DNA of 61,670 nt from Clostridia bacterium DTU084 (GTDB taxonomy: Bacteria; Bacillota; DTU084): contig LFTB01000140.1 in the NCBI GenBank assembly GCA_001512905.1, positions 1 to 61,670 on the forward strand, in the 5' to 3' direction. Under the pieces are notes generated by a model, which was not told the DNA's origin, did not search any database, and saw nothing but the letters and a program-made list of their open reading frames with translations. The position numbers were made by a program, and so were the translations under genes. Positions 31,708 through 40,033 of the stretch are shown in pieces. Position 1 is the stretch's first letter. Each line of letters begins with the position of its first letter.

Positions 31708-34700
31708 CTATTTGAAAGTGACAGCGAAAGTTTTCACCTGGTAAGGGGCGTATGAAAACTTAAGTTCGCTGCCAGAAAACTCGGCTTCGCCTATGGGCTC
31801 CTCAAGAAGATTTACCTCTTTTGCCGAGGCGATGTCGTGGATGAAATTTAAAGTGCCTTGGCCTCTGGCGCCTGCAGACTCGTAAAGCCGCACGATGAGG
31901 GCGTCGCTGTCCTCAGCCTGCTTGATGGTTTCCACAATTATATTTTCAGGCTCCAGTGTGAGGAAAGTGCCATGAGAATCCCAGCTTCCCTTGCCGTCTG
32001 TGAAGCTGTAGCGCAGAGGCACATTCAGCTCGTAGCCTGCGCGAACCGTGCCTCCCTCTGCAGCTGTTCCCTTGTGGGGGTAGAGGCTGTAGGTGAACTG
32101 GTGGAAGCCTTGATCTGCCTCTGGATCCGGATAGGTTGCAGATTTGATCAAGGTAAGGCGCAGCCAGTTGTCTTTAATCTGATAGCCGTATTTGCAGTCA
32201 TTAAGGAGGCTCACTCCCCAGTTCTGCTCGGACAGATCCGCCCATTTGTGGCCGCAAACCTCGAAGCGGGCAAAATCCCAGCTGGTGTTCCAGTGAGTTG
32301 GCCGCTGTAAGGTACCGAACTGGATGTCGTAGGTTGCCATGCGCGCTCTAACTTCCACAGGAAATGCAGCTTTCAGCAAAAGATTTTGCTGATGCCAATC
32401 CACTTCAGTTTGGAAGTCTATTTGCTTTTTGCTGCTGTAGATGACGAGGCGCTGTGTGATGGTGGAGTCAAGGAACTTCCAGACCAGCTTCAAAACGCCC
32501 CGGATCGGACCTTCCTCCTCGACTTTCGCCTCTATGAGCTCATCTACCACATAACGCTTTTGCATGTGGAAGGCATCAATATCCCAGGCGTCGTGTGCCA
32601 GGGGCTTGTCCTCGTAAACCTCAAGGAGGTTTCCTGGTCCAGCCAATACCTCTTGAGCCAGTGTTTTGTCATAGACAGAAGTGAGCTGTCCTTTGTCATT
32701 CAGAGTGATCTTGAAAAAGTCATTCTCAAGCTCACCTGGCGCCACTTTCAGCTTCCTTTCGGCGGGCTCTGTTTTTCCTTCCTGCCACAGGTAGCTGTTG
32801 TAGCCGAAGGGCGGTGCTTCCACTTCCACCAGGAGCTTTTCTTCTCCACCCTCGTTTACAACCTGCACCTGGAGTGGTCTGCCTGAAAGGTCTGTGAGGT
32901 GCTTGTCTGCGTATTCTTCCTGCCAGGGCAGAGCAATCAGATCGCGCCTCTGCCAGCCCAAGCTGTTGAAGACTACAAGTCCCCTCTGCGGGAGCATTAC
33001 CCCTGCTGCAAGTTCTGCCAGGGCAGCATCAACTGCTTTTTCGCCCCACTGTTTGACCTCGCGGTACTGCTCTTCGCTGTCCTGGTAAACCTCGGTGATG
33101 GAAGAGCCAGGGAGAATGTCGTGGAATTGATTCAAAAGCACGAGCTTCCAATATTTCTCAAGCTCTGCCTGCGGATAGTCGACTCCTCCAGCTAGATTCG
33201 AGATTAAAGACCACGCCTCTACGTCTCGGAGCAGCAGTTCGCTTTTGCGGTTATTTCGCTTGGTGGCAGCCTGGCTGGTCAGGGTTCCCCTGTGCAGCTC
33301 CAGGTACAGCTCGTCGTCCCAGACAGGGAGCTCTTTGCCTGCCAGGGTCTGATGGAGTTTGGCAAAATATTCCTCTGCTTTGCCTGTGGTAAAGCGGGGG
33401 AAGCCTGCCAAATTCCTCAATCTCCTGCCTACTTCAAGCATTTGCCGGGTGGGTCCGCCGCCGCCGTCTCCCCAGCCATAGCTCAAAAGTAGCTCCTGGT
33501 TGAGAGCCTTTTGCCGGTAATTGTCCCAGATTCCCTTTACAGTGCTGGGTTCGATGTCGCCATTGTAGGTGTAAAAAGGCAGCTCCTCCCAAGCGACAGG
33601 CGTTGTTATGAAATGGGTGAGGATCTCGCTGCCGTCGATTCCCCGCCACATGAAGGTGTCGTATGGGAAGCGGTTATACTGGCTCCAGCTGATTTTTGTG
33701 GTCATGAAACTCTCGATGCCGGCCTGCTTCAACAGCTGCGGCAGGGCAGCATTGTATCCGAAAGCGTCAGGAAGCCACAGTACTTTACACCGTTTGCCGA
33801 ATTCCTGCTCAAAAAACCTGATTCCGTAGAGGAGCTGCCTGACTAACGACTCGCCTGAGCTCACATTGCAGTCTGCCTCTACCCACATGGCGCCAGTCGG
33901 TTCCCAGCGGCCCTCTTCCACCTTCTCCTTAATCTTGGCGTAGATCCCAGGAAAATGATCTTTCGTGTATTGATACAGCTGGGGCTGGGACTGGGTGAAG
34001 TAGTATTCAGGGTACTGTTCCATCAGATTGAGGACAGTAGAGAAGGTACGCGAGCACTTCTCTACAGTATGTTTAAGCTGCCAGAGCCAGGCTACATCGA
34101 TGTGTGAGTGGCCTGCCCCTACAACAACAGGGCTGTTGGCAGCAGCAGGAAGTTCTTTGAGTCCTTCCTTCAAGACAGCTAAAGCATTCTCCAAAGAGCT
34201 GTAGAAGGCGGCAGAACCTTTCTGGCGCCAGTCAATGGCCAGCTCTGCTTTCTCCAGGAGCGAGAGCATTGCCACCCGCTGAGGATCGTTTTCGTCAAGC
34301 TCTAAAACAGCTTTTCTCACAGTCCACATGGTATAGTAGAGATCTTCAGCCACCGGATTGATCCTTACAAGCCAGATCCCATCGAAGCGGTGCTGGTGTT
34401 CACTCAGACCCGAGAAAGCCTTGATGGTGAAGTGGAATTCGTCTTTGTCCTGCCACTTTTTGGGGAAAACAACTTCCCTGTGAAATTTGTCGATTGCTCC
34501 CACAGGCTCCCCTTCGAAAAACAATAAAGCTTCAGGGCCAGAAAGATTCTCGGTTCTGAGGCCAGAGAGCTCAACTGCCAGGGCCAGTTTCCCTGAAAAA
34601 TCTTCAGGGACCTTAACTTCCCCGCGAAACCAGACTGTTTGATCCCTGCCTCCCCACCACAGACCTGGTTTTACCTCTGCATAAGCTGCAGGTTCTTCCT

Positions 34701-34812
34701 CTTCAGACCACTGAACAGTTATTGCTTGTTTTTTATCGTAGATTAACTCGCCGAGCTCCTCGATTCTTTTTTCGAGTTTAGGCAGTAATAGGTACAAGGT
34801 ATATTCCTCCAT
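31708..34812 (-). CDS. GH38-family alpha-mannosidase
   Basis: 1034 aa. The N-terminal catalytic block is present (GAGHSHIDVAWLW, WLPDAFGY), followed by the long beta-rich C-terminal region typical of bacterial GH38. The ATG at 34812 has no nearby SD, so the start is uncertain. Confidence 0.85.
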   Translation of the reverse strand: MEEYTLYLLLPKLEKRIEELGELIYDKKQAITVQWSEEEEPAAYAEVKPGLWWGGRDQTVWFRGEVKVPEDFSGKLALAVELSGLRTENLSGPEALLFFEGEPVGAIDKFHREVVFPKKWQDKDEFHFTIKAFSGLSEHQHRFDGIWLVRINPVAEDLYYTMWTVRKAVLELDENDPQRVAMLSLLEKAELAIDWRQKGSAAFYSSLENALAVLKEGLKELPAAANSPVVVGAGHSHIDVAWLWQLKHTVEKCSRTFSTVLNLMEQYPEYYFTQSQPQLYQYTKDHFPGIYAKIKEKVEEGRWEPTGAMWVEADCNVSSGESLVRQLLYGIRFFEQEFGKRCKVLWLPDAFGYNAALPQLLKQAGIESFMTTKISWSQYNRFPYDTFMWRGIDGSEILTHFITTPVAWEELPFYTYNGDIEPSTVKGIWDNYRQKALNQELLLSYGWGDGGGGPTRQMLEVGRRLRNLAGFPRFTTGKAEEYFAKLHQTLAGKELPVWDDELYLELHRGTLTSQAATKRNNRKSELLLRDVEAWSLISNLAGGVDYPQAELEKYWKLVLLNQFHDILPGSSITEVYQDSEEQYREVKQWGEKAVDAALAELAAGVMLPQRGLVVFNSLGWQRRDLIALPWQEEYADKHLTDLSGRPLQVQVVNEGGEEKLLVEVEAPPFGYNSYLWQEGKTEPAERKLKVAPGELENDFFKITLNDKGQLTSVYDKTLAQEVLAGPGNLLEVYEDKPLAHDAWDIDAFHMQKRYVVDELIEAKVEEEGPIRGVLKLVWKFLDSTITQRLVIYSSKKQIDFQTEVDWHQQNLLLKAAFPVEVRARMATYDIQFGTLQRPTHWNTSWDFARFEVCGHKWADLSEQNWGVSLLNDCKYGYQIKDNWLRLTLIKSATYPDPEADQGFHQFTYSLYPHKGTAAEGGTVRAGYELNVPLRYSFTDGKGSWDSHGTFLTLEPENIIVETIKQAEDSDALIVRLYESAGARGQGTLNFIHDIASAKEVNLLEEPIGEAEFSGSELKFSYAPYQVKTFAVTFK

Positions 34813-34874
34813 TCATTTAACCTGTTCATCAATTCGCCACGAAAGAATCAAATCCTCCTTCTGCAAATGGCTTA

Positions 34875-34903
34875 AATTTAGAGCTGGATTTCCAATTTGA
34901 CAA
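34875..34903 (-). promoter_or_regulatory. Candidate promoter for the GH38 gene
   Basis: Minus-strand TTGTCA, a 17-nt spacer, then TAAATT. Confidence 0.35.
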
Positions 34904-34959
34904 TCTACCGTGCTCAAAGCTTTTCCATTCTGCAGCAAAGCGTTTGTCCGGGCAGGTGC

Positions 34960-34989
34960 AAAAAAAGCTGCCCTATCTTAAGGCAGCTT
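34960..34989 (-). terminator. Intrinsic terminator after membrane/PII-like cassette A
   Basis: Minus-strand AAGCTGCC-TTAAGATAG-GGCAGCTT is a perfect 8-bp stem followed by TTTTTTT. Confidence 0.8.
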
Positions 34990-35094
34990 GATGCAGATGA
35001 CGGTAACTACAGTATGGTCTTTGCGCCAGCCGGCAATTCCCGCTAGCTGTATACAGGAAACCTGCTGGCCGCTGCAAAAGAGCCGTATTAGGGG

Positions 35095-35802
35095 CTATTT
35101 CTTCTCCCGCATCTCAAACAGGCCCCGGGTATCCACAATAGGCTCTACAAACAAAATCCCATGCCCAGGCTCGGCCAGCTTAAGCTCTTCATACAGCGCA
35201 TCCACCACTTTATCAACCAGGTCATCAGGCGTCAGGATGATCACCAGTTCCTTTTCCGGTTCAATTTGAATTCCGAACAAGTTTGTTGCTATCTCTGCGC
35301 CAGCGCCCCGTCCGTGGAGAATTGTGCCCCCTCGGACGCCGGCTTTCCGCGCAATGTCCATCACTTCATCAGACATCCCCAAGTCAACTACCACAGTTAT
35401 TTTCTTGAACATGCTCTTTCCCTCCACACGCTGAGCCGTATTTCCGGCAGATTGCTGGTGATTTGTTTCCCGCTTCGGCAGGCCTACTGCCCTGATGATG
35501 GATGTGAGGTAGGCAATGCCGTGTCCGGGTTTGGAAAGCTGGAGAGCTTGATCCAGAAAGTCCAAAACCTCCCCTGCTTCTTCCTCTTTGAGCAGTATTT
35601 TTACAACTTCCCGCTTTTGGTTTTTGATCCCGAGCATGTTCAAAATAGCAGTGCTTACTGTTCCCTTTCCGAGCAGAACCATCCCACCGCAGATTCCTTT
35701 CTCCTTGATGAGACGGACACATTTATGGCTCTGCTGCTCGCTGAGTACCAGCGTCAGCTGCTGAAAATTTCCTACAGCCAAATCACCATTCTGCTTATCC
35801 AT
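35095..35802 (-). CDS. Tandem (two-domain) PII-like signal-transduction protein, cassette A
   Basis: There are two ~110-aa halves. Each carries G(K/R)G(T/A) loop segments (LLGKGTV, LHGRGAG) and a PGHGI(A/L) C-terminal motif. The ATG at 35802 lies 5 nt after GGAGG and overlaps the upstream stop (ATGGATAA). Confidence 0.75.
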   Translation of the reverse strand: MDKQNGDLAVGNFQQLTLVLSEQQSHKCVRLIKEKGICGGMVLLGKGTVSTAILNMLGIKNQKREVVKILLKEEEAGEVLDFLDQALQLSKPGHGIAYLTSIIRAVGLPKRETNHQQSAGNTAQRVEGKSMFKKITVVVDLGMSDEVMDIARKAGVRGGTILHGRGAGAEIATNLFGIQIEPEKELVIILTPDDLVDKVVDALYEELKLAEPGHGILFVEPIVDTRGLFEMREKK

Positions 35803-37315
35803 GGCTACCTCCAACTGTTTCCTCGCGGGAAATCTTTACTTCTGCTGCCTGCCGTGTTTTGAACTGATAGAGAGCGCCCAGCAGTTCGATGGCGATAATT
35901 GGCATCATCGCCACTATGGCAATCATACCAAATCCATCTGCCACCAGATCTGCAGATGGAACTTGGGCTGCAACACCTTGCACAAAGGCCAGGGAGAAAG
36001 TTGCAGTCATGGGGCCGGACGCAACGCCGCCTGCATCAAAGGCCATGCCAACGAACAGTTCCGGTACGAAAAAGGCTAAAATAACGCTGAGCCCAAACCC
36101 AGGCACCAAATACATCCACAGCTGGATATTGGGGACGAGGATTCGCAAGGTGGACATGAAAATGGACAGCCCAACTGCAACAGAGAGGAACATGAAAACC
36201 AGATTCCGCTTGACAGATCCACCTGTGACTTCCTCCACCTGGCTAGTTAAAACGTGAACTGCAGGCTCAGCCAAGACGGTTGTCAGCCCCAGAAACAGCG
36301 CTACAATCAGTACCGGGACAGGTGAGTTCATAGACACAAGCTGTATGCCAACTTCGATCCCAAGTGCCATAAAACCGCCGTTTACGCCCAACAAAAACAC
36401 TACTAGCCCAAAAAGCGTTAAAAACAATCCTCGGGCGATCCCTAGAACCCGGCTTCTTTTCTGCTTAAAGACAAATATTTGAAACAGCACATAAACTATG
36501 ATAATCGGCAAAAGGGAGAGCAGCGCCTCCCAAGCCAGCCTCGGCAGTTTGGACCCGTATATTCCCCATAAGCTGGAATTGGTAATTGCCTGCTCTGGCA
36601 GTGCACCCTTTAGTTTGTCTATACCCAAGATACGGCCTGTGATCAATACTCCAAGGATGGCACCTGTTGATGAAATCCCCACCAGTCCAAAGCTGTCTGC
36701 TTCGCTTGATTTGCTGTCCGATTTCAGCGCCGAGATGCCGCCTGCCAAGGCCAACATAAAGGGAACTGTGACTGCACCTGTCGTTGCCCCGGAAGCGTCA
36801 AAGGCTATGGCAATAAAATCAGCTGATGAAAACAATGAAAGAATGAAAATCAAACCGTAGGCAACAGCGAACACGTGCTTTAGGGGAACGCCTTTCATTA
36901 TACGCAGCATTCCCAGGGTCATCATAACTCCGAGTCCCACTGAAACAACGACAACCATTAATAATTTACCAAATTGACCTGCTGTTACGCTGTCAACCTG
37001 GCCGGCTAAAATATGAAGATCCGGCTCCGCATAGGAAATGAAAAACCCCAAGACCAAACAGATTGTAATTATGCTTGCATAAGTTTTCGAGTAAGCCAGA
37101 GCGTTTCCGATTCCGTGGCCTATGAGGTCCAGTCCCTGGTCTATACCGAACAGGAATATAGTCAACCCAAAAATGACGAGAACAGAGCCCAAAAGGAAAG
37201 CATACAGCATAGATGAATCCAATGGGCAGATGGTAAAGTGCAGCACAAGCACCATTACTGTAATTGGCAGCACAGAAGCCAATACCTCTTTTAATTTGTC
37301 TTTTAACGCATCCAA
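35795..37315 (-). CDS. Polytopic membrane protein with internal duplication (resembles what databases call DUF1538), cassette A
   Basis: 506 aa and highly hydrophobic. The two halves share AEP(D/A)(L/V)H(I/V)L...QV(D/E) and AFD(A)(S/G)G(A/V) motifs. It is translationally coupled to the PII-like gene. Confidence 0.75.
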   Translation of the reverse strand: MDALKDKLKEVLASVLPITVMVLVLHFTICPLDSSMLYAFLLGSVLVIFGLTIFLFGIDQGLDLIGHGIGNALAYSKTYASIITICLVLGFFISYAEPDLHILAGQVDSVTAGQFGKLLMVVVVSVGLGVMMTLGMLRIMKGVPLKHVFAVAYGLIFILSLFSSADFIAIAFDASGATTGAVTVPFMLALAGGISALKSDSKSSEADSFGLVGISSTGAILGVLITGRILGIDKLKGALPEQAITNSSLWGIYGSKLPRLAWEALLSLLPIIIVYVLFQIFVFKQKRSRVLGIARGLFLTLFGLVVFLLGVNGGFMALGIEVGIQLVSMNSPVPVLIVALFLGLTTVLAEPAVHVLTSQVEEVTGGSVKRNLVFMFLSVAVGLSIFMSTLRILVPNIQLWMYLVPGFGLSVILAFFVPELFVGMAFDAGGVASGPMTATFSLAFVQGVAAQVPSADLVADGFGMIAIVAMMPIIAIELLGALYQFKTRQAAEVKISREETVGGSHG

Positions 37316-37361
37316 AACAACACCTCTTTGCAGCTAGATTAAAAAATTCATGAACAAATTC

Positions 37362-37390
37362 ATTCTATTCACAGTATTAAATGAATCCAA
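37362..37390 (-). promoter_or_regulatory. Candidate promoter for cassette A
   Basis: Minus-strand TTGGAT, a 17-nt spacer, then TAGAAT. Just downstream is the imperfect inverted repeat ATGAA-TTTG-TTCAT. Confidence 0.35.
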
Positions 37391-38046
37391 AGGAAATTCG
37401 ACTGGTACAATCTCCCTGCTGTGATTCTACCTACCTGACTTGGCTCCCTTTTTTATATACAGCTCAAAACTTGGGCGAGAATGAGTTCCGAAGCCAAAAA
37501 ACAGTGTCCCTTTTTCTATACTCTAAAAAGTCCCATTATTTTAACCTGGGATGGTCAGACTGGTTTCGAAAAGCCCTATTCCTTTTGAGCTTTTGTTTAG
37601 CTGTTGTGTTGAAAAGAAGCCACTGAAAACCAGCTATATTCTATGCAAACACCTTGTGTGCGCTGATTTACTCATTAGAAAGGATATAAGTCCTTTAATC
37701 TCCTGATTACTCTCGTTTTAATAATTTATTCGCCATCAAGTGCCAAAACCCTGCAAAAAATGAAGGATTTTTCGTGGTTTTAAATGGTTCCTGAAACACT
37801 ATATACAGAAATGAAAAGGCAAGCACTGCCGCAGGGAAATATCACCTTGCTCAGCTTTGGTTTTGATTGTCATTAGATTTTCTCTGTGGGATCAGCCACC
37901 GACAGCCTGGCTAAAAGGCTAAAGGCCTTTGATGGTGCAGAACAGCAATGTTTTATTTTGCCCTTGCAGGACCACAGAACAGCTGCTGGGCAGAGAACTA
38001 AAAAAATACAGGGTGATTTGTCAAACAGCGGCCAAGGTCTCAGCGA

Positions 38047-38080
38047 CAAAAAAAGACAGAGGGACACGATGCCCGCTGTC
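38047..38080 (-). terminator. Intrinsic terminator after coiled-coil paralogue 1
   Basis: Minus-strand GACAG-C-GGG-CATCGTGT-CCC-T-CTGTC followed by TTTTTTT. Confidence 0.65.
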
Positions 38081-38153
38081 GTTGCTTCATGCGGCTTTGT
38101 TTAAATCACCGCCTTTATGAATTGCTTTATTTATAAGACAATCAACAGCCCAG

Positions 38154-38747
38154 CTATTTAATCAGACTAGCCACAGACAAAATTGCGGTTATTGCCAAGC
38201 CTATTACCGAAAGGCCGGTTGCGACTATAAACCCAATCATCCATTTTTTTGTGGTATCAATCATGTTGATGATTGCCTTGACATTTTCTTCAATCCTAGC
38301 GTTGATAGCCAGGTTTTCAGCATGCCGCTGATTATCCCTCTCCCGCATTTCCGCAAGGGTCTGCTCAACGGAACGTTGTACCAGATCTACAGTTCTCTGT
38401 ATCCCATCTGCATAGGTCTTAATTTCATCACGATATGATTTGATATCCGCTTTGATATCCTCCCGCATTCGGTTGTTTTCTTCTTTTATAGCAGAAAATT
38501 TATCTTCTATGTTGGCAAATTTCTCTTCAAGAAACTTGTCGAAATAATGTTCTGACATAGGAGATCTGCCTCCTTTTACAAAGTTAGTGGATGCTAACTC
38601 AGTTGGAGCAGATACTAGCTCCCTAATAGATATATTCTTCTCAAAACTGTAAGGATCCTGCTCTGCTGGGGAAGGTTTAGCTGCAGCATTACTGTTTAAT
38701 TTAGTATCATCACCCGCAGCCTTTCTAAAAAGATTACCGCCAGACAT
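38154..38747 (-). CDS. Tail-anchored coiled-coil membrane protein, paralogue 1 (long form; an internal start at 38558 is possible)
   Basis: The C-terminal TM is KKWMIGFIVATGLSVIGLAITAILSVASLI. The core is heptad-rich. The ATG at 38747 lies 7 nt after GGAGG. An internal ATG at 38558 lies after AAGGAGG and aligns with the start of paralogue 2. Confidence 0.7.
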   Translation of the reverse strand: MSGGNLFRKAAGDDTKLNSNAAAKPSPAEQDPYSFEKNISIRELVSAPTELASTNFVKGGRSPMSEHYFDKFLEEKFANIEDKFSAIKEENNRMREDIKADIKSYRDEIKTYADGIQRTVDLVQRSVEQTLAEMRERDNQRHAENLAINARIEENVKAIINMIDTTKKWMIGFIVATGLSVIGLAITAILSVASLIK

Positions 38748-39009
38748 CAAAATACCTCCAAATGAAAGTAGTTCATTAAAACTATTTCATTTAGCACACA
38801 GCAGAGGATGAATTTATTCTCAGCTCGCCAATAATAATTTCAGCTGCTTTGCTTGATGTTTTTATTCGTGTATCTTCTACGGGATTCTTCGTGCCATCAA
38901 AGTCTTGCAGACTCTATAACTTTTCACAGCCACAAAAATATTTATTAAGACAGAATCCCACTGAGGCAAACCACTTTTCGGCGTTTTTTAGAAATAATCA
39001 AGAGCACAA

Positions 39010-39393
39010 CTATTGAACCAAGCTAGTTATAGATACAATTGCTGTTATTATTAAACCTATTATGGAAAGTCCTGTGCCAAGAATATACCCTATCATCCAT
39101 TTTTTTGTGGTATCAATCATGTTGACGATTGCCTTGACATTCTCTTCAATCCTGGCGTTGACAGCCAGGTTTTCAGCATGCCGCTGCTTATCCCTCTCCC
39201 GCATTTCCGCAAGGGTTTCGTCTACAGATTTCTGCAACCTCTCTGCACAGGCTTTAATTTCATCACGAAATGATTTGACATGCGCTTTGATCTCCTCCCG
39301 CATTCGGTTGTTTTCTTCTTTTATAGCAGAAAATTTATCTTCTATGCTGGCAAACTTCTCTTCAAGAAACTTGTCAAAACAATGTTCTGACAT
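39010..39393 (-). CDS. Tail-anchored coiled-coil membrane protein, paralogue 2
   Basis: The ATG at 39393 (MSEHCFDKFLEEKF) lies 9 nt after GGAGGAGG. The product is about 80% identical to paralogue 1. The C-terminal TM is KKWMIGYILGTGLSIIGLIITAIVSITSLV. Confidence 0.75.
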   Translation of the reverse strand: MSEHCFDKFLEEKFASIEDKFSAIKEENNRMREEIKAHVKSFRDEIKACAERLQKSVDETLAEMRERDKQRHAENLAVNARIEENVKAIVNMIDTTKKWMIGYILGTGLSIIGLIITAIVSITSLVQ

Positions 39394-39856
39394 ACAACAA
39401 CACCTCCTCCAGCTTTTCATCAGCAGCGATCCCGCTGGGAAGATACTGTCCCTTTAAGAGAAGAATTTTTTCAACAAAAAGCACAGCTGGTCAAACTGCC
39501 CACTCTGGCCTTTTAAGCTTTGGACATGAATATCAACTCCTTTTTAGATTATGGCTCTGTTTCCTGATAGCGTTTTTTTCACTCCACACATAATGCGACG
39601 TCTCTAATTGAATCTTGATTTCCTGGCTGATTTCATTTGTGCAGTTTCAAATGCAAAATATATGGTGAAGTGTCAACTTTGCCACAGAAACAATTTGCCT
39701 GCAGGCATGTCCGGGAGAAACAGCAATTAATATCTCAGAAACAACAAACTTCAAACTAAGATGTGAAATTTAGAAAATTGGGGCGGGAATAAGGGTTGTC
39801 GCGAAGAACCGATTATAATGAGGAGTAGGTGGCTGGCAAGGAGTAGGACAAAATCT

Positions 39857-39887
39857 ATCCCGCCATTATTTTAATAACAGGCGGGAT
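39857..39887 (-). terminator. Hairpin downstream of the FAD-protein gene (possible operon terminator)
   Basis: ATCCCGCC, a 15-nt loop, GGCGGGAT. The minus-strand context continues AGATTTTGTCC, a weak T tract. Confidence 0.35.
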
Positions 39888-40033
39888 GACAGTCAATACA
39901 GAAAGTAGATAAATTGCTGTTCTTTTGCTGAAGCCGTAGGCTTTCTTGTCATGTTATTGCAAGATGGATCTTCCATTTTGCACCTCAGCCGGAAGGTGGT
40001 TGCTGGAAGCTTTCCTTTTGGCTCTATAAGCCC

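Noticed and set aside
35161-35862. A 233-aa plus-strand ORF opposite the PII-like gene of cassette A.
   Set aside because: It is antisense to a gene with clear PII motifs and translational coupling. It has no SD, and its composition is not protein-like.
37381-37626. An 81-aa plus-strand ORF, plus the small ORFs at 37873-38120 on both strands in the AT-rich island.
   Set aside because: None has a ribosome-binding site. The 37873-38067 ORF runs through a predicted terminator. The sequences are Cys/Leu/Phe-rich with no motif. I treat the area as non-coding and flag it as a finding instead.
38154-39393. The repeated DNA of the two coiled-coil genes as a possible CRISPR array, IS element or REP repeat.
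   Set aside because: There are only two copies. Each is a complete ORF with its own SD, and neither has terminal inverted repeats or spacer periodicity. This is a gene duplication, not a repeat array.
39781-39860. A plus-strand TATAAT at about 39814 followed by a duplicated GGAGTAGG, considered as a small plus-strand gene or sRNA promoter.
   Set aside because: There is no acceptable -35 at 16-18 nt spacing. The only downstream ORF is 5 codons long. The hairpin that follows has no U-tract on the plus strand.
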